Below are positions 10,150-19,095 of a stretch of DNA of 64,000 nucleotides, one piece after another. Source of the stretch: Alphaproteobacteria bacterium (GTDB lineage: Bacteria > Pseudomonadota > Alphaproteobacteria > Bin95). Each line of letters begins with the position of its first letter. Within the stretch, counting starts at the first letter, position 1. A program made the position numbers and the translations under genes. The DNA lies in the NCBI GenBank assembly GCA_963665325.3, contig CAXXWS020000003.1, positions 576,001-640,000 of the forward strand, read 5' to 3'. Under the pieces are notes generated by a model. That model saw only the letters and a program-made list of their open reading frames with translations, did not search any database and was not told the origin of the DNA.

Positions 10150-10569
10150 GTGATATTTTTCACCGACCGCGATCTTGGCCGCTCTTTTCCGGAAATTCTG
10201 GAAGCGGCCGGTTTGCAGGTGAGAAGACATGCCGACCTCTTCCGGCACGACGCCGCGGATGAAGAATGGCTGACGGAAGTCGGCAGGAATGGCTGGTTCG
10301 CCTTATCCAGAGACAAGCACATCTACTACAGGCCGAACGAGAAGGAAGCGGTAATCCACGCGAAGGTGGGGCTCTTCATCGTCGTCGGGAAGGCGCCGCA
10401 CCGGGAGCTGGCCGAGAATTTCGTCCGGTCGATGAGGGCCATCGAGCGCTTTGCCGGCAAGCACGTACCGCCATTTATCGCCAAGGTGTATCGACCGTCG
10501 CAGGACTTGGCGCGACGGGTGCCGCCGGGTCCGGGCAAGGTGGCGCTTTGGTATCCGGACGGCGGGTGA
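10150..10569 (+). CDS. PIN-like toxin (VapC45-like)
   Basis: FFTDRDLG...DEEWL..VG..GW..LSRDKHI..RPNE; directly follows the DUF433 gene. Confidence 0.85.
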   Translation: MIFFTDRDLGRSFPEILEAAGLQVRRHADLFRHDAADEEWLTEVGRNGWFALSRDKHIYYRPNEKEAVIHAKVGLFIVVGKAPHRELAENFVRSMRAIERFAGKHVPPFIAKVYRPSQDLARRVPPGPGKVALWYPDGG

Positions 10570-10654
10570 ACGCCTACCCCGTCTTTGACGGGGACGGATG
10601 ACCCGCCTTATCGTGCAGGGAACGAAATCCCCCGGATCGCAGGAAGGGACCCCG

Positions 10655-11350
10655 ATGCCCATCACCACGCCTGAAGTGAAGGCCGCCCTGGAGACCATCT
10701 TCGCCGGCGATTCGGAGATCTACCGGGAACGCGGCTTCCAGCGCCGCGTCGGCTTCGGGACCCGGCCCGCGCTGCTCGTCATCGACATGGCCAATGCCTG
10801 GACCCGGCCGGACTATCCCTTCACCTGCGACAACATGGAGGAGATCATCCCCGCCAACCGGGCCCTGCTGGCGGCGGCGCGGGAGAAGCGGATTCCCGTC
10901 GTCTTCACCTCCACCGCCTACCGCAATCCCACGGGCCCCCACCCGGATACGGGCCTCTGGCACCTCAAGATCCCGACGGAAATCCTTTCGGAGGGTTCCG
11001 AAGCGACCGCCATCGACGACCGCCTCACGCCGGAACCCGGCGAGCAGGTGATCCTCAAGAAGCGGGCCAGCGCCTTCCACGGCACCTGGCTTGCCGGCTA
11101 CCTGCGCGCCCAGCGGGTGGACACCGTCATCGTCACCGGCGTGACCATGGCGGGATGCGTGCGCCACAGCGTCGAGGACGCCATTGCCGACGGCTTCCGC
11201 CCCATCGTCGTGCGCGAAGCGGTGGGCGACCGGGTGCCGGGGGCGGTGGAATGGAACCTGTTCGACATCGACGCCAAGTTCGGCGATGTGGAGCCGCTGG
11301 AGAACGTGCTCGCCTACCTGAACGGCCTGCCGGCGCTCGCCAACGACTGA
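10655..11350 (+). CDS. Isochorismatase-family amidase (maleamate/N-carbamoylsarcosine amidase-like)
   Basis: ALLVIDM, KKRASAF and GVTMAGCVR give the D-K-C triad. Confidence 0.88.
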   Translation: MPITTPEVKAALETIFAGDSEIYRERGFQRRVGFGTRPALLVIDMANAWTRPDYPFTCDNMEEIIPANRALLAAAREKRIPVVFTSTAYRNPTGPHPDTGLWHLKIPTEILSEGSEATAIDDRLTPEPGEQVILKKRASAFHGTWLAGYLRAQRVDTVIVTGVTMAGCVRHSVEDAIADGFRPIVVREAVGDRVPGAVEWNLFDIDAKFGDVEPLENVLAYLNGLPALAND

Positions 11351-11442
11351 GGGAACCCCTGGCCGCAAGGCGGCCGCCGTCCGGGCACTCGACCGGAAGC
11401 AGCGGCTCGTTCACGAAATTTGATTTAATTCCTCAATAAGAC

Positions 11443-11470
11443 TTGACTTCCGGGGACCCTGTGGCAATAT
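11443..11470 (+). promoter_or_regulatory. Sigma70-like promoter with AT-rich upstream tract
   Basis: TTGACT-16 nt-CAATAT with extended TGn, preceded by AAATTTGATTTAATTCCTCAATAAGA. Confidence 0.5.
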
Positions 11471-11829
11471 AGGCCGGGAGGAAGGAAGCGGCATCCGCGG
11501 GGCCGCTTCGTCTCCGGTTGCGCGCCGGCGCGTAAAAGACCCCCAGTGAAATGGACAGGACAGGTGCGTGCTTTGCCTCGCGCGCGCAATCAGGCGCGCG
11601 AACCGCGCCGGCGCCAACGGGCGCCCGCGCCTGCGCGCGATACGCGCGAAACAGGGACCCGCTTGCCGGGCGAGCCGGCGGCGGGGAGAACGAAATGGAT
11701 ACGGAGAACCGATGAGCGATATGCCCCCTTTCGTCACAAGACCTCGGCTCCCCGCCTTCTCGGGGGCAGGCAAGTCCGGGTCGACGCCGACCGGGCCGGG
11801 GCGGCGACGGGACCGGAGGTGCGGCGGAC

Positions 11830-11882
11830 CATGACAAAACATGACATTTCCGGAGGGCCTCATGACAAAACATGACATTTCC
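11830..11882 (+). repeat. Tandem 22-bp direct repeat, 2 copies (CATGACAAAACATGACATTTCC)
   Basis: Identical copies at 11830-11851 and 11861-11882. Confidence 0.9.
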
Positions 11883-11987
11883 CGACCGTCCCCGCATTCT
11901 TGCGGGCGGCGGCGGGCGTCGTCTCGTTGACAGGCGGGCGGCGCACGGCCATCAAACGGGCGACGATAGGGGAGGAGGGACGAACCC

Positions 11988-12788
11988 ATGCAGGACGGCG
12001 ATCTCTACGAGATTTATGCGGTCAAATACGGCGAGGTCGCCGAGCGCGCGATGAGCGAGAACATGATCGGCGGCGATCCGCACGACATGTCCGGCCAGCT
12101 CGATTTCTATGTCTGGGCCGTGGTCGGGCGCTCGCGCACCTTCATCGTCGATACCGGCTTCAACCACGAGACGGCCGTTGACAGGGGACGCAAGCTCCAG
12201 CGCCTGCCGAAGGAAGGCCTCGAGCTGGTCGGCGTCGATGCCGGCGCGATTCGCGATGTGGTGATCACGCATCTCCACAACGACCATGCCGGCACGCTCA
12301 CGGACTTCCCCAATGCGCGCTTCCACCTCCAGGAACAGGAGATGGAATACGCCACCGGGCGGTGCATGTGCCACGAGGTGATAAGGGCCCCCTACAATGT
12401 GGAGGATATCTGCACGATGGTGCGCAAGGTGTATGCGGGCGAGGTCGTCTTCCATGACGGCGACGCCCAACTCGCGCCCGGCGTGTCGCTCCACCACATC
12501 GGCGGCCATGCCAAGGGGTTGATGAGCGTGCGTGTCGAGACCCGGCGCGGACCCGTGGTGCTGGCCTCCGATGCAGCGCATTTCTACGCCAATCTGGAGC
12601 AGCGCCGGCCGTTCCCCATCGTTTACAATGTGGCCGACCTGCTGACCGGCTTCGACCGGCTGGAGGCGCTGGCCGGCGCGCCGGACCGTGTGGTGCCGGG
12701 CCACGACCCGCGCGTGCTGCACCGCTATCCCGCCGTCTCGGACGAGCTCCGGGGCATCGCCGCGCGCCTCGACGCCGATCCCGCCTGA
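11988..12788 (+). CDS. Metallo-beta-lactamase fold, N-acyl homoserine lactonase family
   Basis: THLHNDHAG (HxHxDH), GGH, ASDAAH and PGHD motifs. Confidence 0.88.
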   Translation: MQDGDLYEIYAVKYGEVAERAMSENMIGGDPHDMSGQLDFYVWAVVGRSRTFIVDTGFNHETAVDRGRKLQRLPKEGLELVGVDAGAIRDVVITHLHNDHAGTLTDFPNARFHLQEQEMEYATGRCMCHEVIRAPYNVEDICTMVRKVYAGEVVFHDGDAQLAPGVSLHHIGGHAKGLMSVRVETRRGPVVLASDAAHFYANLEQRRPFPIVYNVADLLTGFDRLEALAGAPDRVVPGHDPRVLHRYPAVSDELRGIAARLDADPA

Positions 12789-12791
12789 CCC

Positions 12792-13802
12792 TTGCGCCTC
12801 GGCATTCTGGACCAGTCGATCGCCGCCGAAGGCCGTCCCCAGGCCGAGGCGATCCGCAATACGGTTGCGCTGGCCGAGCTGTGCGAGCGGCTCGGCTACG
12901 ACCGCTTCTGGGTCTCGGAGCACCATAACCACCCGACCATCGTGGGCACCGCGCCGGAGATCCTGGTGGCCGGCATGGCGGCGCGGACCTCGCGCATCCG
13001 CATCGGCAGCGCAGGGGTGATGCTGCCGCACTACGCGCCCTTCAAGGTCGCGGAGCAGTTCCGGGTGCTGGACGCGCTGGCGCCGGGGCGCATCGACCTC
13101 GGCCTCGGCCGTGCGCCGGGCTCCGACGGGCTGACGGCCTTCGCCCTCAATCCGCGCGCCAATGAGAGGCCGGCGGAGTTTCCGGCGGACATCCGCGACC
13201 TCCAGGCCTGGCTCAAGGCTGAACCGCTGCCGGAAGGGCACCCGTTTCGCAGGCTCGGCGCCTTTCCGCAGGGGGACACGGCGCCTCAGATATGGCTGCT
13301 GGGGTCGTCCAACTATGGCGCGCAGGTGGCGGCCTGGTTCGGCCTGCCCTACGCCTTCGCCTGGTTCTTCACCGACGGGCACGGGGCAAGGGAGGCGCTC
13401 GGCCTCTACCGCGAGCATTACAAGCCGAGCGCGGACTGGCCGGAACCGCATTCGGCGATCTGCGTGTGGGCGCTGGCGGCCGACAGCGAGGAGGAAGCCC
13501 AGTTCCATTTCGGCCCCCGCCTGCGCTGGCGTCTCGGCCGCGACCGGGGCGTATTCCTGCCACTGGAGTCCGCCGAGAAGGCTGCGGCCTACGAGTACAG
13601 CGACGGCGAGGCCGCACGGCTGGCGCGATTCCGCGAGCAGGCCGTCGTCGGCCGGCCGGAGCGCGTGGTCGAGCGCATCGCAGCCATCGGCGAGGACCTC
13701 GGCGTGGACGAGATCGCCATCGTCACCTGGACGCATGACGAAGCCGCCCGCCGGCGCAGCTACGAGCTCATCGCCGAAGCATGGGGCATCGCGCCCGGTT
13801 AG
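12792..13802 (+). CDS. Luciferase-like (LLM class) flavin-dependent oxidoreductase
   Basis: GYDRFWVSEHH, RIGSAGVMLPHY.PFKVAEQF and GRIDLGLGRAPG; TTG start. Confidence 0.92.
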   Translation: MRLGILDQSIAAEGRPQAEAIRNTVALAELCERLGYDRFWVSEHHNHPTIVGTAPEILVAGMAARTSRIRIGSAGVMLPHYAPFKVAEQFRVLDALAPGRIDLGLGRAPGSDGLTAFALNPRANERPAEFPADIRDLQAWLKAEPLPEGHPFRRLGAFPQGDTAPQIWLLGSSNYGAQVAAWFGLPYAFAWFFTDGHGAREALGLYREHYKPSADWPEPHSAICVWALAADSEEEAQFHFGPRLRWRLGRDRGVFLPLESAEKAAAYEYSDGEAARLARFREQAVVGRPERVVERIAAIGEDLGVDEIAIVTWTHDEAARRRSYELIAEAWGIAPG

Positions 13803-14111
13803 CCCGCATTTCTCACCAGGGTCATGGTCTGCGCGGTGCTGTCGGGCCGGCAGGGAAGGAGAGCCGCGCAGCGCGATGCGGGGCATCGGGCAAGCGGTTC
13901 GACGCACCCTGCCGGCCCGACAGCACCGCCCTTCGGGTCGCGCCCAGGCGTCCGCCCGCGGCGGCGTAAACGCCGCCATCCAAACAAACTGCCGCGTTGC
14001 GCGCGGCGTCGCGGGCCTCAACCGTAGGCTGTGCTACGCTTTTCGGCCCGCTCCTTGCGGAGCGAACGCCTGGACAGCGACGCAGGCCGTGACCCTGGTG
14101 AGAAATGCGGG
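13803..14111. mobile_element. MITE (309 bp) with 22-bp perfect TIRs and TTAG target duplication
   Basis: CCCGCATTTCTCACCAGGGTCA at 13803-13824 and its reverse complement at 14090-14111; TTAG at 13799-13802 and 14112-14115. Confidence 0.88.
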
Positions 14112-15083
14112 TTAGCCCGCTGTGCGGCGGACGAGGTTCAGGAGGTCGACCAGGTCGAGAATGCGCGCGACCCAGGGCTCGCGCGGGTTGAAGCCGGGAC
14201 CGGCATCGCCGAGAAGGCGGCCTTCGAGCGCGTCCAGCAGGCGCGTGAGGCGCCGGTCATGGATGCCGAGCCGGGCCTGCACGGGATCGGCCGCCACCCC
14301 GGCGAAAGCGGTCAGCATGGCCGGCACCAGCACCAGCGCGCCGGTGAGGCCGGCGACCGCGACTGTCGAGGCCTTGGCCGGGAAGACGCTGTACCAGAGC
14401 CCGCCCGCGGCTGCGCCGAGCGGAAAGCCCGCGATTGCCGCCTGTTGCGCCAATGCCTGCGCAGCGACCGGGCCGAGCGACAATGCGCCCGGCGTCCATT
14501 GCCGGAAGGCTGCCGCGCCGATGCCGGCAGAGACGAGCGAAGCGGCAAGCTCGGCAACCGCGAGCCGCGCCTCGCCGTAGCGCCCGGCCGCCCGCTCGGC
14601 CCAGGCCCTGAAGCCGGGCGATGCAGACGCCGTGGAAAGCCGGTCCAGCAGGACGCTCACCGCCGGGTCGCGGGCGATCTCCTCGGCAAGCGCGTCGCGT
14701 TCCGAGTGCCGTCGGGGCTGTCCATAGGGCAGCTCCAGCAGTTCGGTGAAGAGCCGCCATTCAATCTCGCGCGCCACGTCGGTGACGAACACCTTTCGGC
14801 CCCGGCGCATCCCGGCGGCGGCCCCTTCATATCCGCCGCGCTCGGCGAGCCGGGCGGCGGCCTCCAGGGCAAGATTGGGCCCGGCGAGCGCGATGTTGGC
14901 GGGGGCCCTAAGCAGGTCGCGCCCGACCGCCCGGCGGTGGAGTTCGAGCGTTCCTCTCAGGCGGAAATTGCGCCGGACGAAATCCGGCGCCATCTCCCGG
15001 CGGCGTCGGATATAGCGGCCGATGGCGCGGCGCACCGTTGCATCGGCTTCCTCGGGCCCGAGATATGGCGCAACATCGCCCAT
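14112..15083 (-). CDS. Conserved hypothetical membrane protein (DUF6635-like)
   Basis: Coding-like ORF with hydrophobic C-terminal half and DPVQARLGIH.RRL motif; co-oriented with dinB. Confidence 0.65.
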   Translation of the reverse strand: MGDVAPYLGPEEADATVRRAIGRYIRRRREMAPDFVRRNFRLRGTLELHRRAVGRDLLRAPANIALAGPNLALEAAARLAERGGYEGAAAGMRRGRKVFVTDVAREIEWRLFTELLELPYGQPRRHSERDALAEEIARDPAVSVLLDRLSTASASPGFRAWAERAAGRYGEARLAVAELAASLVSAGIGAAAFRQWTPGALSLGPVAAQALAQQAAIAGFPLGAAAGGLWYSVFPAKASTVAVAGLTGALVLVPAMLTAFAGVAADPVQARLGIHDRRLTRLLDALEGRLLGDAGPGFNPREPWVARILDLVDLLNLVRRTAG

Positions 15084-15137
15084 CTGCCCAATATGGTGCG
15101 GCGCCGGGGCCGGTGCGAGTGGTGCGCCCGCTGCCGG

Positions 15138-15632
15138 TCAGAGCGTGCGGATATAGTAGATCAGGTCGAGTTCCGGCGGCGCGGCCCCGGCCTGGCTCAG
15201 CATGTCGTGGACTTGGCCGCGATGATGGGTCTGGTGGTTGAAGAAATGCGTCCAGACAAGCCGCAGCGGGGTGCGGGACGGCGTGCCGGCCAGATTGCTG
15301 TAAGCGAGGTCGCCAGCCAGCCGGTCCTCGTTCATCGCGGAAAGAACGCGGTCGATCCGGTCGTCTTCGGCTTCCCGCGCACGGCGCAGCTCGCCGAAAT
15401 CGTCGAACAGGACCGTGTCGAGCGGGGTTCCGCTGTCCTCGAACCCCTCGATACGCCCGAGCCAGGCGCGGTCGCCGACCAGGATATGGTTGAGCGTGTT
15501 GTGGATCGAGCCGAAGAACGCGAAACGGTCCCGCTTCCGCTCCTCGTCTCTCAGGCCCGCGCAGGCGTCGTAGAGGCGCGTATTCACCCAGCGGTTATAG
15601 GCCGCCATGGTCTTGAAATGGCTGAGGAACAT
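15138..15632 (-). CDS. DinB family protein
   Basis: YNRWVN, FFGSIHNTLNHILVGD and HFFNHQTHHRGQ motifs. Confidence 0.93.
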   Translation of the reverse strand: MFLSHFKTMAAYNRWVNTRLYDACAGLRDEERKRDRFAFFGSIHNTLNHILVGDRAWLGRIEGFEDSGTPLDTVLFDDFGELRRAREAEDDRIDRVLSAMNEDRLAGDLAYSNLAGTPSRTPLRLVWTHFFNHQTHHRGQVHDMLSQAGAAPPELDLIYYIRTL

Positions 15633-15660
15633 GGAAGCTCTCCGTTGTTTCCGGCGGGCG

Positions 15661-16611
15661 TCACGCCGTCAGCGCGAGATATTCGGCATTGCGCCGGTCA
15701 TGGAGGGTGCGGACGGCCTCGCCGGCTTCGGCGAGCGGGAAGGCGCGCACCGGGCCGGGCTTGAGTTTGCCGGCGCCGACCAGCTCGAACAGCTCCTCGG
15801 AGGCCGCCAGCAGGGCGTCGGGTTCGGCGATCCAGGCCGCGAGCGTCGGGCGTGCAACAATCAGGGACCGCACCTCCAGCCGCTGGAGGGCCAGGGGCGG
15901 AGGCGGCCCGGCGACATCGCCGAAGCCGATAGCCGTGCCCGCAGGCGCCAGACAGTCGAGGCAGCGGGCGAAGGTTTCGCCGCCCGTCGCGTCATAGACG
16001 ACATCCGCGCCCCGGCCCCCGGCTATCTCGCGGACCTGCGAGGCAAGGTCTTCCGGTCCGGAAACGACCGTGTGGACGCAGCCGTTCGTCCTTGCGACCT
16101 CCGCCTTTTGCTCGCTGCCGACCGCGCCGACGACCTCCGCGCCGACGGCAGCTGCCCATTGGCAGAGCAGCCGCCCGACACCGCCGGCCGCGCCGGTAAC
16201 CAGCACGATTTCGCCCGGCTGTACGCGGCGCAGCCGGCGCAACAGATAGTGGACGGCGAGGCCCCGGCGGATGATGGCGGCGGCGGTCGCGTCGTCGCTA
16301 TCCCCCGGAACCGGGACCAGCCGGCCTGCCGGGACATTGCGGCGCGCGCGCCAGGCGCCGGGCAGGTCGGCATAGGCCAGCCGGTCGCCGGGCCGGATGC
16401 CCTCGACGCCCGCGCCCACCGCCTCGGCAACTCCTGCCGCCGCGACGCCGGGAACGAAGGCCGCCCCTTCCTCCGGCGCCTCGACGCCGCAGCGGTCGAG
16501 CCCGAAAGCCGTCTGGCGGATCTGCACCTCGCCGGGGCCGGGCAGGCCTGTGGATTCCTCCTCGACGACCGGGGCCGCTGAGCCCGGCCGGATGCGAACG
16601 ACCGCCGTCAT
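15661..16611 (-). CDS. Quinone oxidoreductase-like (MDR family)
   Basis: PGPGEVQI, TGAAGGVG and GADVVYD motifs; N-terminal motif divergent. Confidence 0.82.
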   Translation of the reverse strand: MTAVVRIRPGSAAPVVEEESTGLPGPGEVQIRQTAFGLDRCGVEAPEEGAAFVPGVAAAGVAEAVGAGVEGIRPGDRLAYADLPGAWRARRNVPAGRLVPVPGDSDDATAAAIIRRGLAVHYLLRRLRRVQPGEIVLVTGAAGGVGRLLCQWAAAVGAEVVGAVGSEQKAEVARTNGCVHTVVSGPEDLASQVREIAGGRGADVVYDATGGETFARCLDCLAPAGTAIGFGDVAGPPPPLALQRLEVRSLIVARPTLAAWIAEPDALLAASEELFELVGAGKLKPGPVRAFPLAEAGEAVRTLHDRRNAEYLALTA

Positions 16612-16621
16612 CTGCGCGCCG

Positions 16622-17830
16622 TCAGGCGGCGTCGGCCTGCATGCGCTCCGGCACGGTCAGCCCGAACAGCTTCGCCGCGTTCAGGCCGAGGATCTTCGCG
16701 CGGTCGGCTTCGTCGAGCCCGCCCATGGTGCGCTCTATGGCCTCGCCGGAATGCGGCCAGGTGCCTTCGTGGTGGGGATAATCGTTCGCCCACATGAAGT
16801 TGCCTGCGAGGCCCCAGTCCTTCGCGAGCGCCAGGCCCGCCGGGTCTTCCTGGAAGGTGGCGTAGCCGTGCGCGCGGTAATAGTCCGACGGCAGGCCCTG
16901 GAGCTTCGGGCGCACCCACATATGGTGCTTGCGATAGGCCTCGTCCATCGCGTCGAGCAGCCAGGGCACCCAGCCGATGCCGGCCTCGATGGTGGCGAAG
17001 CGGATCTTCGGGAAGCGCTCCAGCACGCCCGAGGCGCAGAGGTTCGCGACCGGCTCGATGGTCGGAGAAAGCGAGTGGGTCACATAGTTGATGACCGCCC
17101 CGCCATTGCCGCGCGAGGCGCGCGGGTCGCGCCCGGTGCTGACATGGAAGGTGACCGGCATGCCGGTTTCCTCGACCAGCGCCCAGAGCGGGTCGAAATG
17201 CGGCAGGTTGTAGTTGACATGGTCCACATCGTGCCCGCCCCAGCGGGGCTTGCAGGGCAGGGTGAGGGCCTTGTAGCCGAGCCCGGCGCAGCGCTCGATC
17301 TCGGCGAGCGTGCCTTCGAGGTCGCCGGTCGCGACCGCCGCCGCGGGCACCATCTTCTCCGGCCAGGCGCCGAACTGTTCCCAGGCCCAGTCGTTCCACA
17401 CCCGGCATTGCGCGTTGGCGAACACCGGGTCCGGCGTCGCCCACATGGCGAGGCCCTTGTTCGGGAAGATGATTTCGGCGTCGATGCCGTCGCTCTCATT
17501 GTCGCGGATGCGGCCCTCGGGATCGGCGCCCGCCTGCGAGCGCACCCAATCCTCGCCCTCGAAGCTCATGATGCGGATGCGGTCCGGCCGGTAGCCTTCG
17601 CAATAGCGCCACTGCACGCCGTTCTCGTCGGTGACGACGCGCGGTGCGCGCTCGCGGTATTTCTCCGGCAGGCGCGTCGCCCAGAGGTCCGGTGGCTCAT
17701 TGGCGTGGCTGTCGGTCGAGACCATGTAGTATTTCTTCGGGTCGCCGGCGCGCGCGGTGCGCGTCCAGCCTTCGTGTCCCGGCGTTTCCAGCCGCCAGAG
17801 GTTCTCGGCATTGATGGCGATATCGTTCAT
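16622..17830 (-). CDS. Amidohydrolase_2 family metal-dependent hydrolase
   Basis: STDSHANEP, TFH, SGVLERFP and WANDYPHHEGTWP motifs. Confidence 0.9.
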   Translation of the reverse strand: MNDIAINAENLWRLETPGHEGWTRTARAGDPKKYYMVSTDSHANEPPDLWATRLPEKYRERAPRVVTDENGVQWRYCEGYRPDRIRIMSFEGEDWVRSQAGADPEGRIRDNESDGIDAEIIFPNKGLAMWATPDPVFANAQCRVWNDWAWEQFGAWPEKMVPAAAVATGDLEGTLAEIERCAGLGYKALTLPCKPRWGGHDVDHVNYNLPHFDPLWALVEETGMPVTFHVSTGRDPRASRGNGGAVINYVTHSLSPTIEPVANLCASGVLERFPKIRFATIEAGIGWVPWLLDAMDEAYRKHHMWVRPKLQGLPSDYYRAHGYATFQEDPAGLALAKDWGLAGNFMWANDYPHHEGTWPHSGEAIERTMGGLDEADRAKILGLNAAKLFGLTVPERMQADAA

Positions 17831-17929
17831 GGGGTCCCGAATACTCCCTCAGATGGTCATTCGCGCCGGACGCTACCCGCTTGGCCCCACGGCGTCCACA
17901 CCGGCCCTGTCCCGGAAAGGGGGAAGTCG

Positions 17930-18961
17930 TTGACCCGGCAGGAAAAACCGTGGTGGCGCCCCGAGGCTTACGCCGCCCGCCGCCCGGCACTGCTCGAGCG
18001 CGCGGCGCTGCTGCGGCGCATGCGGGACTGGTTCCACGGGCAGGATTTCGTCGAGGTCGAGACGCCGGCGCTCCAGGTGTCCGCCGGCATGGAGGTGCAT
18101 GTCGCGACCTTCGCCGCGGAGCTGTCGGAGCCGGGTGGGCGGTCCCGCGCGCTCCGGCTGCACACCTCGCCCGAGATCGCGATGAAGAAGCTGCTGGTGG
18201 CCGGCGAGCCGCGCCTCTTCCAATTCGCGCGCGTCTTTCGCAATGGCGAGCGCTCGGCCACGCACCATCCGGAGTTCACCCTGCTGGAGTGGTATCGCGC
18301 GGGCGCCGATTGGCGCGACCTCATCCCCGATTGCGAGGCCCTGCTGGCGCTCGCGGGCCCGGAGCTCCGATGGAACGGCCGGCGCGTGGTGACGGCCGCG
18401 CCTTTCGAGCGTCTTTCCGTCTCCGCCGTTTTCCGCGACCGGCTCGGCCTCGACGTGCTGGCGGCGGACACGGCCCGGCTCGCCGCCGTTTGCCGGGCGG
18501 AGGGGCTGGAGCCCGGCGGCGCGGACAGCTGGGAGGACCTGTTCTTCCGCCTGTTCCTCAACCGAATAGAGCCGCGTCTGGGCCTGGAGCGCCCGACCGT
18601 GCTGCACGGATGGCCGGCGCGCATGGCGGCGCTCTCCCGTATCGACGCAGACGATCCGCGCACCGCGGAGCGCTTCGAGATCTATGTCGGCGGGCTGGAG
18701 CTCGCCAACGCCTTCGGGGAGCTGACCGACGCCGCCGAGCAGCGTCGGCGTTTCGAGGCCGCGGCGCGCGAGCGCCGGGCGCTCCATGGCGACGATCTGC
18801 CCGTCGACGAGGACTTCCTTTCCGCGCTCGAACGCGGCATGCCGGCCTCGGCGGGCATCGCGCTCGGCTTCGACCGGCTGGCAATGCTGGCCGTGGGCGC
18901 GGACCACATCGAGGACGTGCTCTGGGCGCCTGTGGCGGGGGCGGACGAAGACGAAGCATAA
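17930..18961 (+). CDS. epmA: EF-P lysine aminoacylase
   Basis: LHTSPEIAMKKLL, FRNGE..HHPEFTLLEWY, ERFE.Y..GLELANAFGEL and GIALGFDRL; TTG start after a purine-rich SD. Confidence 0.95.
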   Translation: MTRQEKPWWRPEAYAARRPALLERAALLRRMRDWFHGQDFVEVETPALQVSAGMEVHVATFAAELSEPGGRSRALRLHTSPEIAMKKLLVAGEPRLFQFARVFRNGERSATHHPEFTLLEWYRAGADWRDLIPDCEALLALAGPELRWNGRRVVTAAPFERLSVSAVFRDRLGLDVLAADTARLAAVCRAEGLEPGGADSWEDLFFRLFLNRIEPRLGLERPTVLHGWPARMAALSRIDADDPRTAERFEIYVGGLELANAFGELTDAAEQRRRFEAAARERRALHGDDLPVDEDFLSALERGMPASAGIALGFDRLAMLAVGADHIEDVLWAPVAGADEDEA

Positions 18962-19095
18962 GAAGAGAAACGGACAATGCGCGGTCTGTGTTCTTCCCTT
19001 TCGCTTTCCAGCGCGATGAGCGCCAGATTGGCGAGGGAGGATTTTCGGGACCCCCATTTGCCCTCTATCCCGACGACACGGATCCCGCGCCCGCT

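Noticed and set aside
9399-10600. Possible mobile ends around the DUF433/PIN pair
   Set aside because: No convincing inverted or direct repeats; only a local hairpin near 10577-10593.
11830-11882. Possible mini-CRISPR
   Set aside because: Only two repeats with a 9-bp spacer and no cas genes.
16397-17929. Long N-terminal extension of epmA in the ORF track (also those of purM, purN, cbiD, mutL, lspA)
   Set aside because: Extensions overlap other real genes; starts were reassigned using SD position and family N-termini.
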